Origin: an uncultured Bacteroidales bacterium
GTDB taxonomy: Bacteria > Bacteroidota > Bacteroidia > Bacteroidales > UBA11471
Assembly: GCA_944325415.1 (NCBI GenBank)
Contig: CALUZW010000003.1
Coordinates: 10,496-74,495 of the forward strand
Direction: 5' to 3'
Length of the DNA stretch: 64,000 bases
Shown here one piece after another: positions 52,661-62,157 of this stretch. The translations under genes and the position numbers were made by a program. How positions within the stretch are numbered: position 1 is the stretch's first letter; every line of letters starts with the position of its first letter. Below the pieces are notes generated by a model. It ran no database searches, had not been told where the DNA came from, and saw nothing but the letters and a program-made list of their open reading frames with translations.

Positions 52661-52684
52661 CACTAATACCGGGACTTTAATATT

Positions 52685-55600
52685 ATGAAAAAATTTTGGA
52701 CAATATATACGGTACTGTGTTGTATATTCTGTTGCGAAATGGCCTCGGCGCAAAACCTTACACGAATATCCGGTACTGTTCTCGACGAAAACAACGCCCC
52801 AATGGCGGGCGTAACCATTTCGGTTAACGGCAAAGGGGCTACGTTATCCACCTCCGACGGAACCTTTACGCTCACCAACGTACCGACAGGAGCTACCATA
52901 TCTTTTTCGTTCATAGGATATGAAACCGAAAATGTTACCGTAGAGAACCCCAAAACCGTCGAAGCCATAAGACTCATTCCCGCCGAAAACGCCATGCGCG
53001 AAATCACCGTCGTAGGCTACGGCAAACAAGAGAGACGAGATATTACTGGCTCGGTATCCTCGGTAAAACTCGATGAACAAAAATCATTCCTTTCGGTCGA
53101 CCAGTTATTGCAAGGCCGTGCACCCGGTGTATTCGTCTCTAATTCTTCGGGCGCATTGGGCGGAGCCAACCTGCTGACCATACGTGGCGTAAGCTCCATC
53201 ATCGGCGAAAACAATCCTCTTTACGTTGTCGACGGTGTACCTATCTATGGAACCGACCGTTCGGCCAACTCGGTAGGAACAAGCGGCGGCTCGGTAAGCG
53301 CCATAAGCATGGGAGGTACGTCGACAGGTGGCGGTTCGCTGGTCAACGACATGGACCTCAACTACTCTTTTGAACAAAATCCGCTTCTCTCCATCAACCC
53401 CGAAGACATAGAGTCTATCGAAATTCTGAAAGATGCTTTTGCCACCTCAATTTATGGTTCGAGAGGTTCGGCCGGCGTTATTCTCATCACTACCAAAAGT
53501 GGTTCCAGAGACCGCACAGCTGTTAACGTTTCATACACGTTGAGTATCGACCAGCCTATTGGCAAACTCGACCTTCTCACCGGAGATGAATACGCACAAA
53601 TCTACTCCCTATACTATCCGTCAGACACCTATCGCTCGGGATATAATACCGACTGGCAAGATGCCGTTACGAGAAACGCCATCAGCCACAATCTCAGTGC
53701 ATCTGTTTCAGGAGGCAATAGCCGTTCGCGCTATTTTTTCAGCCTCTCGTATGCCAACAATGAATCATACATCATCAATAACGATTTACAACGTTACTCC
53801 GCTCGTCTGAATCTCGACACACAACTCAGTGACAAATTCACCCTCGGAGCCAACGTTACTTTATCCTTTGTCGACAACAATGCCTTGACAGCACCCACCG
53901 TATACAAAGACGCCATACTGCGTGCGCCCAATCTTCCCATATATAATGAAGATAATTCCTACTACTACGGCCACGGACTCAATACCAAAGGCAACAACGA
54001 CAATTATAACCCAGTGGCCTACGCCAATGACGTTACCTCTCAAAGCAAAAATATTACCACCATAGGTAACACCTATCTGCAATACGACGTTACCCCGTGG
54101 CTGCAACTCAAAACAGAACTCGGTATCAACATTGCCAATTCCAGAGCTTACGTCTACAAGCCCGAACTGCCCGAAGAGGTGGCCGACCTCACCCCCAACA
54201 ATCAGGCATCGGAAAGCAACGCCCTGAAATACCGCCTTGTCAACAACAATACCCTTACGATAAACAAGGTCTTCAACGAACGCCACTACCTGCAAGCCGT
54301 GCTGGGACAAAGCTATGAAATAGGACACGAATACAGCTCCATGATATACGGCTCGAACTTTTTCAGCACTGCCATCAAAGGTATCGGATCGGCACAGACT
54401 ACACGAGTAGGTTCTGCCGGTGAAGACACATGGGCCCTGCTCTCAGCGTTTGCCAGGGTCAACTACCAACTCATGCGGCGTTACCTCTTCGGCGTATCGT
54501 ACCGTCTCGACGGTTCCTCACGCTACAACCGGCTGCACCGGTTTATCAACATTCCCGCCGTATCGGCCGCATGGCGACTCTCCGAAGAAGATTTCATTTC
54601 CTACAACGCCCCCTGGATCGACGAACTGAAAATACGTGGTTCCATAGGCTGGACCAGCCAAGATGCCAACAACAGCTACTACGGTGCACAAGCCATTTAT
54701 GTACTCAATACCTCCTCTTCGTACGGTAACGAGCAGTTCCTCTCCATGTCGCAACCCAGTAACGTAAACCTCGACTGGGAAAAGACCATCACCTATGACT
54801 TGGGTGTCGATTTTTCGGCTTTCAAGGAACGGGTAAAACTCACCCTCGACTACTACTACAAACGCACGACCGATATGCTCTTCTCGTCGGACCTGCCAGC
54901 CTATACCGGATACTCAACTCAGTATCAAAACATCGCCGATATGCAGAACCAAGGTATCGAAGTGCAAATCATCTCCGACAACATTGTGCGTAAAGACTTT
55001 ATGTGGCAAACCATCTTAAACCTTTCACACAACAGCAATAAAATACTGAAACTCAACTTCGAGGGCAATCAGCTCGACCAAGCGAACAGTTCATATAAAT
55101 ATTATGCCGTAGGTTATCCTATGGCCCAATGGTACCTGCATGAGTGGGTAGGTGTTGACCCCAACACCGGAGAGCCACTGTGGCGACTGGCCGACGGAAC
55201 GGTAACCACCGTACCTCCCGCCTCCAATTATGAAACCTCAACGGACAACAAGAAAGTGTGCGGAACGGCTGAGCCCAAATTCTACGGAAGTTTCACCAAC
55301 ATTCTTACGTTCAAAGGTTTCGAGTTAAATGCCATGTTCACCTTCTCGGTAGGAGGCCACATGATAAACTCCTCCCGGGCCCAACTGCTCACCTATGCCA
55401 CCGAGACGGCCAACAACCTCTCGCGCGACATTCTTGACTTCTGGCAGATTCCGGGACAGACCACCGATATACCCAAGCTGAAAAACAGCTCTATCATCAA
55501 CAATTCCGACTACACCTCGTCCATCACATCGACGCGGTTCCTTGAAAACAGCTCATACCTGCGACTGAAAACCTTGGAGTTTTCCTACTCCCTTCCGAAA

Positions 55601-55798
55601 CAAATTTTAAGAAGGACACGCACCTTTAACCAAATCAAATTGTTTGTTGTTCTCACCAACGTATTTACCGTCAGCCCCTATTCCGGTCTCGACCCCGAGG
55701 TGAGCGCATTCGGATCGTCGGCCACAGCTGCCGGATATGACAACCTAACTATGCCATCGTCTCGAAGCTATCAATTCGGTGTAAGATTCGGACTTTAA
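52685..55798 (+). CDS. SusC/RagA family TonB-dependent transporter
   Basis: VVGYG, LQGRAPGV, PLYVVDGVP, INPEDIESIEILKDA...IYGSRGSAGVILITTK and LDWEKT. Confidence 0.96.
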   Translation: MKKFWTIYTVLCCIFCCEMASAQNLTRISGTVLDENNAPMAGVTISVNGKGATLSTSDGTFTLTNVPTGATISFSFIGYETENVTVENPKTVEAIRLIPAENAMREITVVGYGKQERRDITGSVSSVKLDEQKSFLSVDQLLQGRAPGVFVSNSSGALGGANLLTIRGVSSIIGENNPLYVVDGVPIYGTDRSANSVGTSGGSVSAISMGGTSTGGGSLVNDMDLNYSFEQNPLLSINPEDIESIEILKDAFATSIYGSRGSAGVILITTKSGSRDRTAVNVSYTLSIDQPIGKLDLLTGDEYAQIYSLYYPSDTYRSGYNTDWQDAVTRNAISHNLSASVSGGNSRSRYFFSLSYANNESYIINNDLQRYSARLNLDTQLSDKFTLGANVTLSFVDNNALTAPTVYKDAILRAPNLPIYNEDNSYYYGHGLNTKGNNDNYNPVAYANDVTSQSKNITTIGNTYLQYDVTPWLQLKTELGINIANSRAYVYKPELPEEVADLTPNNQASESNALKYRLVNNNTLTINKVFNERHYLQAVLGQSYEIGHEYSSMIYGSNFFSTAIKGIGSAQTTRVGSAGEDTWALLSAFARVNYQLMRRYLFGVSYRLDGSSRYNRLHRFINIPAVSAAWRLSEEDFISYNAPWIDELKIRGSIGWTSQDANNSYYGAQAIYVLNTSSSYGNEQFLSMSQPSNVNLDWEKTITYDLGVDFSAFKERVKLTLDYYYKRTTDMLFSSDLPAYTGYSTQYQNIADMQNQGIEVQIISDNIVRKDFMWQTILNLSHNSNKILKLNFEGNQLDQANSSYKYYAVGYPMAQWYLHEWVGVDPNTGEPLWRLADGTVTTVPPASNYETSTDNKKVCGTAEPKFYGSFTNILTFKGFELNAMFTFSVGGHMINSSRAQLLTYATETANNLSRDILDFWQIPGQTTDIPKLKNSSIINNSDYTSSITSTRFLENSSYLRLKTLEFSYSLPKQILRRTRTFNQIKLFVVLTNVFTVSPYSGLDPEVSAFGSSATAAGYDNLTMPSSRSYQFGVRFGL

Positions 55799-55816
55799 TA
55801 TCAGGAGGAAAACAAC

Positions 55817-57334
55817 ATGATGAAACCTATTTTACTATCCATATCTCTACTCACCTCGCTGGCCATTTTCAGCGCTTGCGAACTCGACTACGCACCGCAG
55901 AACACAATGGTCGACGAAACGGTCTACAAAGACGAGAAGACCTCACAAGCAGCCCTCATGGGAGCTTACACCCGCTTATGCGTTCTGCTGGCAGGTGCGC
56001 CCAACGACCAAAACAACTATACCAACAGTTACTTTGCCTTTCAACTCGCCGACATCGGTACCGAGAATATCACCGTACAAAACGGTGCATCGAGTTTTCT
56101 TGCCATGGAAAAGTGCGAATACACGACCGATGAACATGATGGTTTTATCAAAGACATCTACCAATACGGATACAATGCCATCGACTATGCCAACAACATC
56201 ATTGCCGGCATTAATGAATTTGGCCAATACGACCCCAAAATGATGAAGCAACACATTGCCGAAGCCAAATTCCTGCGCGCTTACGAATACTTCACCCTAC
56301 TCTGCCTTTACGGCGACGGAGCCCTCGTGGGCGAAGACAACGGCTTGGGCCTTGTCATGCGACTCTCCCCCTACGATGGCTACAAACCCGAAGATATTCA
56401 GGCTCGCGAAACAGTAGGCAATACATACGCCCAAATCATCAAGGACCTGACCGAAGCTGTTCCCGACTTGCCACAAACAGACTACACACCGGCACTCCGC
56501 TATCGAGCCACAGCCTCTGTGGCCAAGGCACTCCTCTCGCGGGTGTATCTCTACAAAGGTACATACACCAAGAATCTTACCGAACTGGAACAGGCGGCCT
56601 ATTATGCCGGGGAGGTGCTTAAATCGCCGAACATCACGTTCAACGACGCCTATAACGATCACCGTACCAACATCTTCCCCAGCAATGTGTATGAAAACTC
56701 GACCTATCCCGACCCGACCAACTACGCCACGGAGCTGATATTCTTCCAGCCCAGCCGCATCAGCACCAACGTATTCCCCTGCGGATGGACTTCGGTATAC
56801 TCCAAGACCAGTTTCTCTACGTCGGACTCGCTCATCAACAGCTACCTGCCTGGCGACCTGCGCGGATATGGTGAGACCAACGAATATCTGATACAACAAG
56901 GGTCGTCAACGTCAAACACCAACCTTAAAGCCTCAATGAAGTACGACAACGGAGGCTGCTACTGCGACGTTCAATATATCCGTCTCTCTGAAATAATGCT
57001 CACCCGTGCCGAAGCCCTGGCCTACACGACAAACAGCATTGATGCCGAGGCACTGGAACTTCTCAATGATATTCGTCGCAAACCTTTCCCCGACGGACAG
57101 AAACCGGCCGAACTCACCGCCGAAGATTTTCCTTCGGTTGAAGCCTTTGTCGACTCGATACTCGTCGAGCGCAACCGCGAGCTGGCCATGGAAGGACACT
57201 ACCGCTGGGACCTTATTCGCACCGGCCGCGACCTGAAAGTGAAAGGTCTGCCCAACAACAAAAAGATTCTGCCCATACCCGAATATGAAGTTCAGATCTC
57301 CGACGGAGTCATCAAACAAAACACCGGATTCTAA
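55817..57334 (+). CDS. SusD/RagB family lipoprotein
   Basis: Lipobox FSAC; AEAKFLRAY, ALLSRVYLY, RLSEIMLTRAEA and ERNRELAMEGHYRWDLIR. Confidence 0.94.
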   Translation: MMKPILLSISLLTSLAIFSACELDYAPQNTMVDETVYKDEKTSQAALMGAYTRLCVLLAGAPNDQNNYTNSYFAFQLADIGTENITVQNGASSFLAMEKCEYTTDEHDGFIKDIYQYGYNAIDYANNIIAGINEFGQYDPKMMKQHIAEAKFLRAYEYFTLLCLYGDGALVGEDNGLGLVMRLSPYDGYKPEDIQARETVGNTYAQIIKDLTEAVPDLPQTDYTPALRYRATASVAKALLSRVYLYKGTYTKNLTELEQAAYYAGEVLKSPNITFNDAYNDHRTNIFPSNVYENSTYPDPTNYATELIFFQPSRISTNVFPCGWTSVYSKTSFSTSDSLINSYLPGDLRGYGETNEYLIQQGSSTSNTNLKASMKYDNGGCYCDVQYIRLSEIMLTRAEALAYTTNSIDAEALELLNDIRRKPFPDGQKPAELTAEDFPSVEAFVDSILVERNRELAMEGHYRWDLIRTGRDLKVKGLPNNKKILPIPEYEVQISDGVIKQNTGF

Positions 57335-57352
57335 CCTATAAATACTCTCAAT

Positions 57353-58537
57353 ATGAAAAAATTCAAGTTATTGATTGCCGCGCTTCTCCCTCTTTGCGGA
57401 GTCACAGCCCAAGAGCAAACCGCTCCGGCACAACCTGAAACAGGCATAGTATTTCTTGAAAGCACCTACGCCGAAGCCTTACAGAAAGCCAAAGACAGCG
57501 GAAAGATTCTCTTTATCGACTGCTACACACAATGGTGCGGTCCCTGCAAACAACTGGCCCGTACCACCTTTAAAGACGCTCAGGTAGCCGAATTCTTCAA
57601 CGAATCGTTTGTCAACCTCAAACTCGACATGGAGACCCCTGACGGCGTAGCCCAAAAAGACAAACTCGGCGTAAATGCCTATCCCACGATGGTCTTCGTC
57701 GACCCGGCTTCCGAAGAAATCATTCACAAAATCGTCGGATACAACAATGCCCAATCGCTGCTCAAAAGCACGACCTCAGGCTTGTCGGGCCACAACCTCA
57801 AAAACATGAATGCCCGCTACGATGCAGGTGAACGCAGCGACGAATTTATCGAAGAATATATCGAAATACTCTCCGGCGCTTATGAAAAAGAACGTTTGGC
57901 CGAGGTCGTAACTCCGTACCTCGAAAACAAATACGAGCAAATGCTTACCAACCGCACCTTGTTCAGCCTGTTCATGAGCTACATAGAATCGCCATACTCC
58001 AAGCCCTTTGTCTTTTTCCATGAGAACAAAGACAAGTTCATTGCACAATATGGCGATACACAGGTTAACATGAAAGAACGTTTTACATGGAATCTCTACG
58101 GCCGTAAATATGTCGTGCAAGACAAAGATGGCAACTACACTTTCGACAAAGAGGGTTTCTCGGCCTACATGAAATACATGAAGAAAAACAAAGTAAAAGA
58201 GGCAAAAGAGATAGAACTCTCGACTTATATGTATTTAGCCGAATGCACCAAAGACTGGAAGAAATACATCTCTTACGGCGATAAACTCATCTCGAAATAC
58301 GATGCCGACATGCTCGAAGTCTATAACTGGGTACTTCGCATCAACAAATTCTGCGCCGACCAAAAACTGCGTGACCACGCTGCCATCTGGTGCGACAAAT
58401 ACGCCACCGTACTCGAACAGGAAGAGGCTCAACGCGCCCAGCAGGCCAAAAGCGGCATGACCATGGCCATGCGTATGGGCCCGCAAAGCAACAACTTCGT
58501 ACAGTTGGCCACCGAACTCCGCGCTCCCATAAAATAA
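57353..58537 (+). CDS. Exported thioredoxin-family protein with helical C-terminal domain
   Basis: Signal peptide; FIDCYTQWCGPCK and AYPT (cis-Pro). Confidence 0.87.
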   Translation: MKKFKLLIAALLPLCGVTAQEQTAPAQPETGIVFLESTYAEALQKAKDSGKILFIDCYTQWCGPCKQLARTTFKDAQVAEFFNESFVNLKLDMETPDGVAQKDKLGVNAYPTMVFVDPASEEIIHKIVGYNNAQSLLKSTTSGLSGHNLKNMNARYDAGERSDEFIEEYIEILSGAYEKERLAEVVTPYLENKYEQMLTNRTLFSLFMSYIESPYSKPFVFFHENKDKFIAQYGDTQVNMKERFTWNLYGRKYVVQDKDGNYTFDKEGFSAYMKYMKKNKVKEAKEIELSTYMYLAECTKDWKKYISYGDKLISKYDADMLEVYNWVLRINKFCADQKLRDHAAIWCDKYATVLEQEEAQRAQQAKSGMTMAMRMGPQSNNFVQLATELRAPIK

Positions 58538-58560
58538 GCATGGTATAACTTTTCATACAC

Positions 58561-58597
58561 AGGAGACGCGCCTCAATGAGGCGCGTCTCCTATTTTT
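58561..58597 (+). terminator. Terminator of the Trx-SusCD locus
   Basis: AGGAGACGCGCCTCA-a-TGAGGCGCGTCTCCT-ATTTTT. Confidence 0.8.
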
Positions 58598-58908
58598 GGG
58601 GGGAGTCATTTATTCCATACCCGCACCCTTTACTGATAGTAATCTCCGGCATATACAGGCTATCGGGAGGGTTTAATGCCATAGGAAGAAGGAGAAGGGG
58701 AAGAAGAGGAAGGGGCACTAAAATAAGAGAAAGCCCCCTATACATGTACAGAAGGACAACCTTACAGACATGGAATACCCGCTACCTTAACATTGTACCG
58801 TTCGACAACACGTCCAGACCACACCTGCCACACAAGAAAGAGAGAAGCCCATGTCTCCGAACGAAACACAGGCCTCTCCATGTCTGGACCGACACCTTTT
58901 ACACGCAA

Positions 58909-60534
58909 TTACGGTACCAAAGGATAGTACCCATCTTTCATGTCAAACTTTACAAAGTCTTCGTAGGAGTAGGTAAACTCACTGCCAAGGGCCCGGCTCA
59001 TCACCTCCTTATAGATAATGGCCCGACACGGTGCATTGAACTGCTGGTCGCGGTCGTAGGTATTCATGATGCTGTTATCCGTTGGGCGCCATACACCCTT
59101 GCCCCAATAGTTGGCACCTTCGTAGAGGCCTATCTCCTCGTCGGCATAACGTTCGTCGCCGATAAAGTCGGCCCACCATACCGAAGCCGTATCGTTCGAG
59201 AAAGCCACATTACGGCAATAGTCATAGCGGTTATAGTCCCATATCATATAATCTTTTGTTTCCTGAGGTATTTCGAGCAAAGCATTCTCGGAGCTGACAT
59301 ACTCATCGGCCAGCCAACCGATGGAATGTCCTACACACTCGTGCCATACTGTCTTGGCAAACTTCGGCTCAACGGTCGACACACTGAACGAGGTGCGGTC
59401 GGCCACATACTCCATACCGGCCGAACCTCCGTGTATCATGTTATGGGCTATAAGCATCACGATACCACCACGGGCCGAGATGCCAGTACTTTGGCTCACA
59501 AAGTCGAGGATTCCCGGGGTATCACAGAGGTAGTAACGGCCACTCACACTTGGCTGGCGCGTGTTGAACTTGGTCTCGACATACCAGTCCCAATCGTTTT
59601 CCTTGCCACTGGTAGAGTAGGTCATACCCTTCTCGGGCGACTCGGCATAGACGAGATAGACATCGAAATATTCACGCAACGAGGTCATCGGTTCGATGGC
59701 AAACATCTGCTCCACACTGAACTTCATCACCTTCTCAGCAATACCGTCTACCGCGTTACAGGAATAATCAAAACCGTCGCACACGATAAATATGTTGATG
59801 CCGTTTCCCTTGGTGTGAGTCTGGTATATTTCAAAGTCGCCATCGGCATGGTACTGCGTATGCAACGCACTGTCGGGGTCGTAAAGCGACAGGAAATAGC
59901 CGTTGGCCTGCGGGGCCAGCGAAGGAGATACTTCAAACTCTTCGGCATCAGAACAGAGCTTAATCCATGTATCGACCGGGAGCCCCGAGAAACGGCTGCG
60001 GGCAATATGCAACATAATGCGTTCGGCCGAGAGATCCATCAGACGTGGGGGAATATTTCCCTCCATAAAACTCTCGCCCACGGGAAAATAGGTAAAACCC
60101 GACAGCGAATCGGGCAACGTACCCCTGAAAACACCCGAGGCATCGAGATAGGTAAGATGTTTCATCGAAGCTATTTCGGCCGGAAACTCAATGAGAGCCT
60201 TGCCTATGTTGTTTTCTATCGTCAGCGAGTCGAGATTGACCAGTGCCGAGATACCTTCAAGTGTCGAATAATTCTTGGCACGCAGCGAGAGATTATGTAC
60301 CGTGGCCAGATTTTCGGCCGTCAGTTCATCGGTCTGCAAGAGAGTGAGCAGAGCAGCCCGCAAATTCTCGTCGGCAATGAGTACATCACCCGAAGGGACT
60401 GTATCGGTTGTCGGTGGAACTACAATATTATCGTCGGAAAACGGTTCTTCATCGGAGCACGACACCCACGAGAAGAGGCACAAGGCCAACAAAAAAGAGC
60501 GCCATGAAAGGCAACAGGTTGAAAAACGTTTCAT
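58909..60534 (-). CDS. Lipoprotein with N-terminal leucine-rich repeats and an M64 (IgA-peptidase-like) metallopeptidase domain
   Basis: Lipobox WVSC-SDEE; LRR-like LEGISALVNLDSL and MKHLTYLDAS; VCDGF, HECVGHSIGWLADEY, GLYEGA, WRPTDNSIM and FNAP. Confidence 0.82.
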   Translation of the reverse strand: MKRFSTCCLSWRSFLLALCLFSWVSCSDEEPFSDDNIVVPPTTDTVPSGDVLIADENLRAALLTLLQTDELTAENLATVHNLSLRAKNYSTLEGISALVNLDSLTIENNIGKALIEFPAEIASMKHLTYLDASGVFRGTLPDSLSGFTYFPVGESFMEGNIPPRLMDLSAERIMLHIARSRFSGLPVDTWIKLCSDAEEFEVSPSLAPQANGYFLSLYDPDSALHTQYHADGDFEIYQTHTKGNGINIFIVCDGFDYSCNAVDGIAEKVMKFSVEQMFAIEPMTSLREYFDVYLVYAESPEKGMTYSTSGKENDWDWYVETKFNTRQPSVSGRYYLCDTPGILDFVSQSTGISARGGIVMLIAHNMIHGGSAGMEYVADRTSFSVSTVEPKFAKTVWHECVGHSIGWLADEYVSSENALLEIPQETKDYMIWDYNRYDYCRNVAFSNDTASVWWADFIGDERYADEEIGLYEGANYWGKGVWRPTDNSIMNTYDRDQQFNAPCRAIIYKEVMSRALGSEFTYSYEDFVKFDMKDGYYPLVP

Positions 60535-60771
60535 AAAGTTTTTAAAGTAAATAAATTTTTGTGCAAATTTACAAGAAAACAGCATAAACCCCATCTGTTT
60601 TGCCACATTTATTTCTTTCCAGCCGGTTTTTAACACAGAATCGCAGCAAAAGACGATATCTATCTTCCAAAAATATATTTTTCACTACATTTGTACACAG
60701 AAAAAACGAAGTCGGCCAGCCCCGGGCCCAAGGAGCGCCGCCGGCCTCGTCAGTATCAGAAACCCTGCAAT

Positions 60772-61596
60772 ATGAGCACACCCCCCAACACGACTGTCAC
60801 CCTCACGGGCAAGCACCTGCTGGTCAACCTTCGTACCGACGGCATCTATTTTGCCACATTCGACCCGCTCGAAGACGACACCTACCAGCATTTTTCCATC
60901 GCTTTCACAGCCAAGAGTCAGACTCTGTGCGAGAATGTCAAGAACAGCATCTACGAAAATCCGCAGTTGCTGCAAGAATATGACCGCACCTATCTGCTTG
61001 TCGACACGCCGCGTTTCACCCTCGTGCCCGAAGAGATGGAGACGTGCGAAGAGAACCGCATCCCCTACTACGACTTCTGCTATCCGGGACACAACGATTA
61101 TATTGTGGAAAACCGCCTGACGTTGAACCGAGCCTATCTGCTCTTCGGGCTCGACCGGGAGTTATACACCTTCTTGTGCCGCACCTTCTCGGCACCGACG
61201 GTACTTCACCCGCTCACACCGCTCAGCGAATACTTTTTCCTGCACAGCCGCAACGGCAATGAAGCGAAGGTCTACCTGCATCTGCGACAGGAGCATTTCG
61301 ACCTCATCGTCTTCAAGCAGGGACGTTTGCTGCTGGCAAACACATTCGACTACACCACGGCCGACGACATTGCCTACTTCACCCTGCTCTCCTGGAAACA
61401 GTTGAGTCTCGACCAGGCGCGCGACAGGCTCTACCTCGCCGGCGAAAAGAGTATGCGGCAACCCCTTACCGAAATTTTACAGAAATACCTCAAAAGCGTC
61501 CTCCCCTATCCTTTCCCCTCGCAACTTTTCCGCATCGGGAAAGAGACCATCGACGCTCCGTTTGAACTGATAACCATACCTCTATGCGGATTATAA
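60772..61596 (+). CDS. DUF3822 family protein
   Basis: FTLVP, LLLANTFDY...DIAYF...W; overlaps the rsmD start, as is typical in Bacteroidetes. Confidence 0.85.
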   Translation: MSTPPNTTVTLTGKHLLVNLRTDGIYFATFDPLEDDTYQHFSIAFTAKSQTLCENVKNSIYENPQLLQEYDRTYLLVDTPRFTLVPEEMETCEENRIPYYDFCYPGHNDYIVENRLTLNRAYLLFGLDRELYTFLCRTFSAPTVLHPLTPLSEYFFLHSRNGNEAKVYLHLRQEHFDLIVFKQGRLLLANTFDYTTADDIAYFTLLSWKQLSLDQARDRLYLAGEKSMRQPLTEILQKYLKSVLPYPFPSQLFRIGKETIDAPFELITIPLCGL

Positions 61597-62147
61597 GCGG
61601 CAAATACGGCCGGCGGCGTTTTGACGTGCCGACCAACATCAAGGCAAGACCCACTACCGACTTTGCGCGGGAAAACCTCTTCAACGTATTGCAAAACCTG
61701 CTCGACTTCGACGGGCTCAAAGCCCTCGACCTTTTTGCCGGGACAGGGGCCATCAGTTTCGAGCTGGCATCGCGGGGTTGTGCGCGCGTCGTCTCGGTCG
61801 AGAACTACCCCGTACAGTACAACTTCATAAACAAAGTGGCTGCCCAGCTCGGCGCACACGAGATACGCCCCATCAAGGGCGACGTGTTCCGCTTCGTTCC
61901 GAGCTGCCGGGAAAAATTCGACTTCGTCTTTGCCGACCCGCCCTACGACCTGCCGCAGTTCGCCTCTGTGGCACCACTTGTCCTCAACAGCGGCATTCTG
62001 GCACCGGGCGCCCTCTTCGTACTCGAACACTCGCGGAAGTACGACTTCTCGTCGCTCCCGGGCTTCGACCAGCAGCGTACCTACGGCAGCGTCAATTTCA
62101 GTTTCTTCATCAACGGAGAGACCCGGGAACAACCCGACGGGGAATAA
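61584..62147 (+). CDS. rsmD: 16S rRNA (guanine966-N2)-methyltransferase
   Basis: MRIISG, RPTTD..RENLFN, DLFAGTGAISFELASRG and FADPPY. Confidence 0.93.
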   Translation: MRIISGKYGRRRFDVPTNIKARPTTDFARENLFNVLQNLLDFDGLKALDLFAGTGAISFELASRGCARVVSVENYPVQYNFINKVAAQLGAHEIRPIKGDVFRFVPSCREKFDFVFADPPYDLPQFASVAPLVLNSGILAPGALFVLEHSRKYDFSSLPGFDQQRTYGSVNFSFFINGETREQPDGE

Positions 62148-62157
62148 GATTGTCGAC

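Noticed and set aside
58576-60507. 643-aa plus-strand ORF
   Set aside because: Antisense to the M64 peptidase, starts inside a terminator hairpin and has no domain signature.
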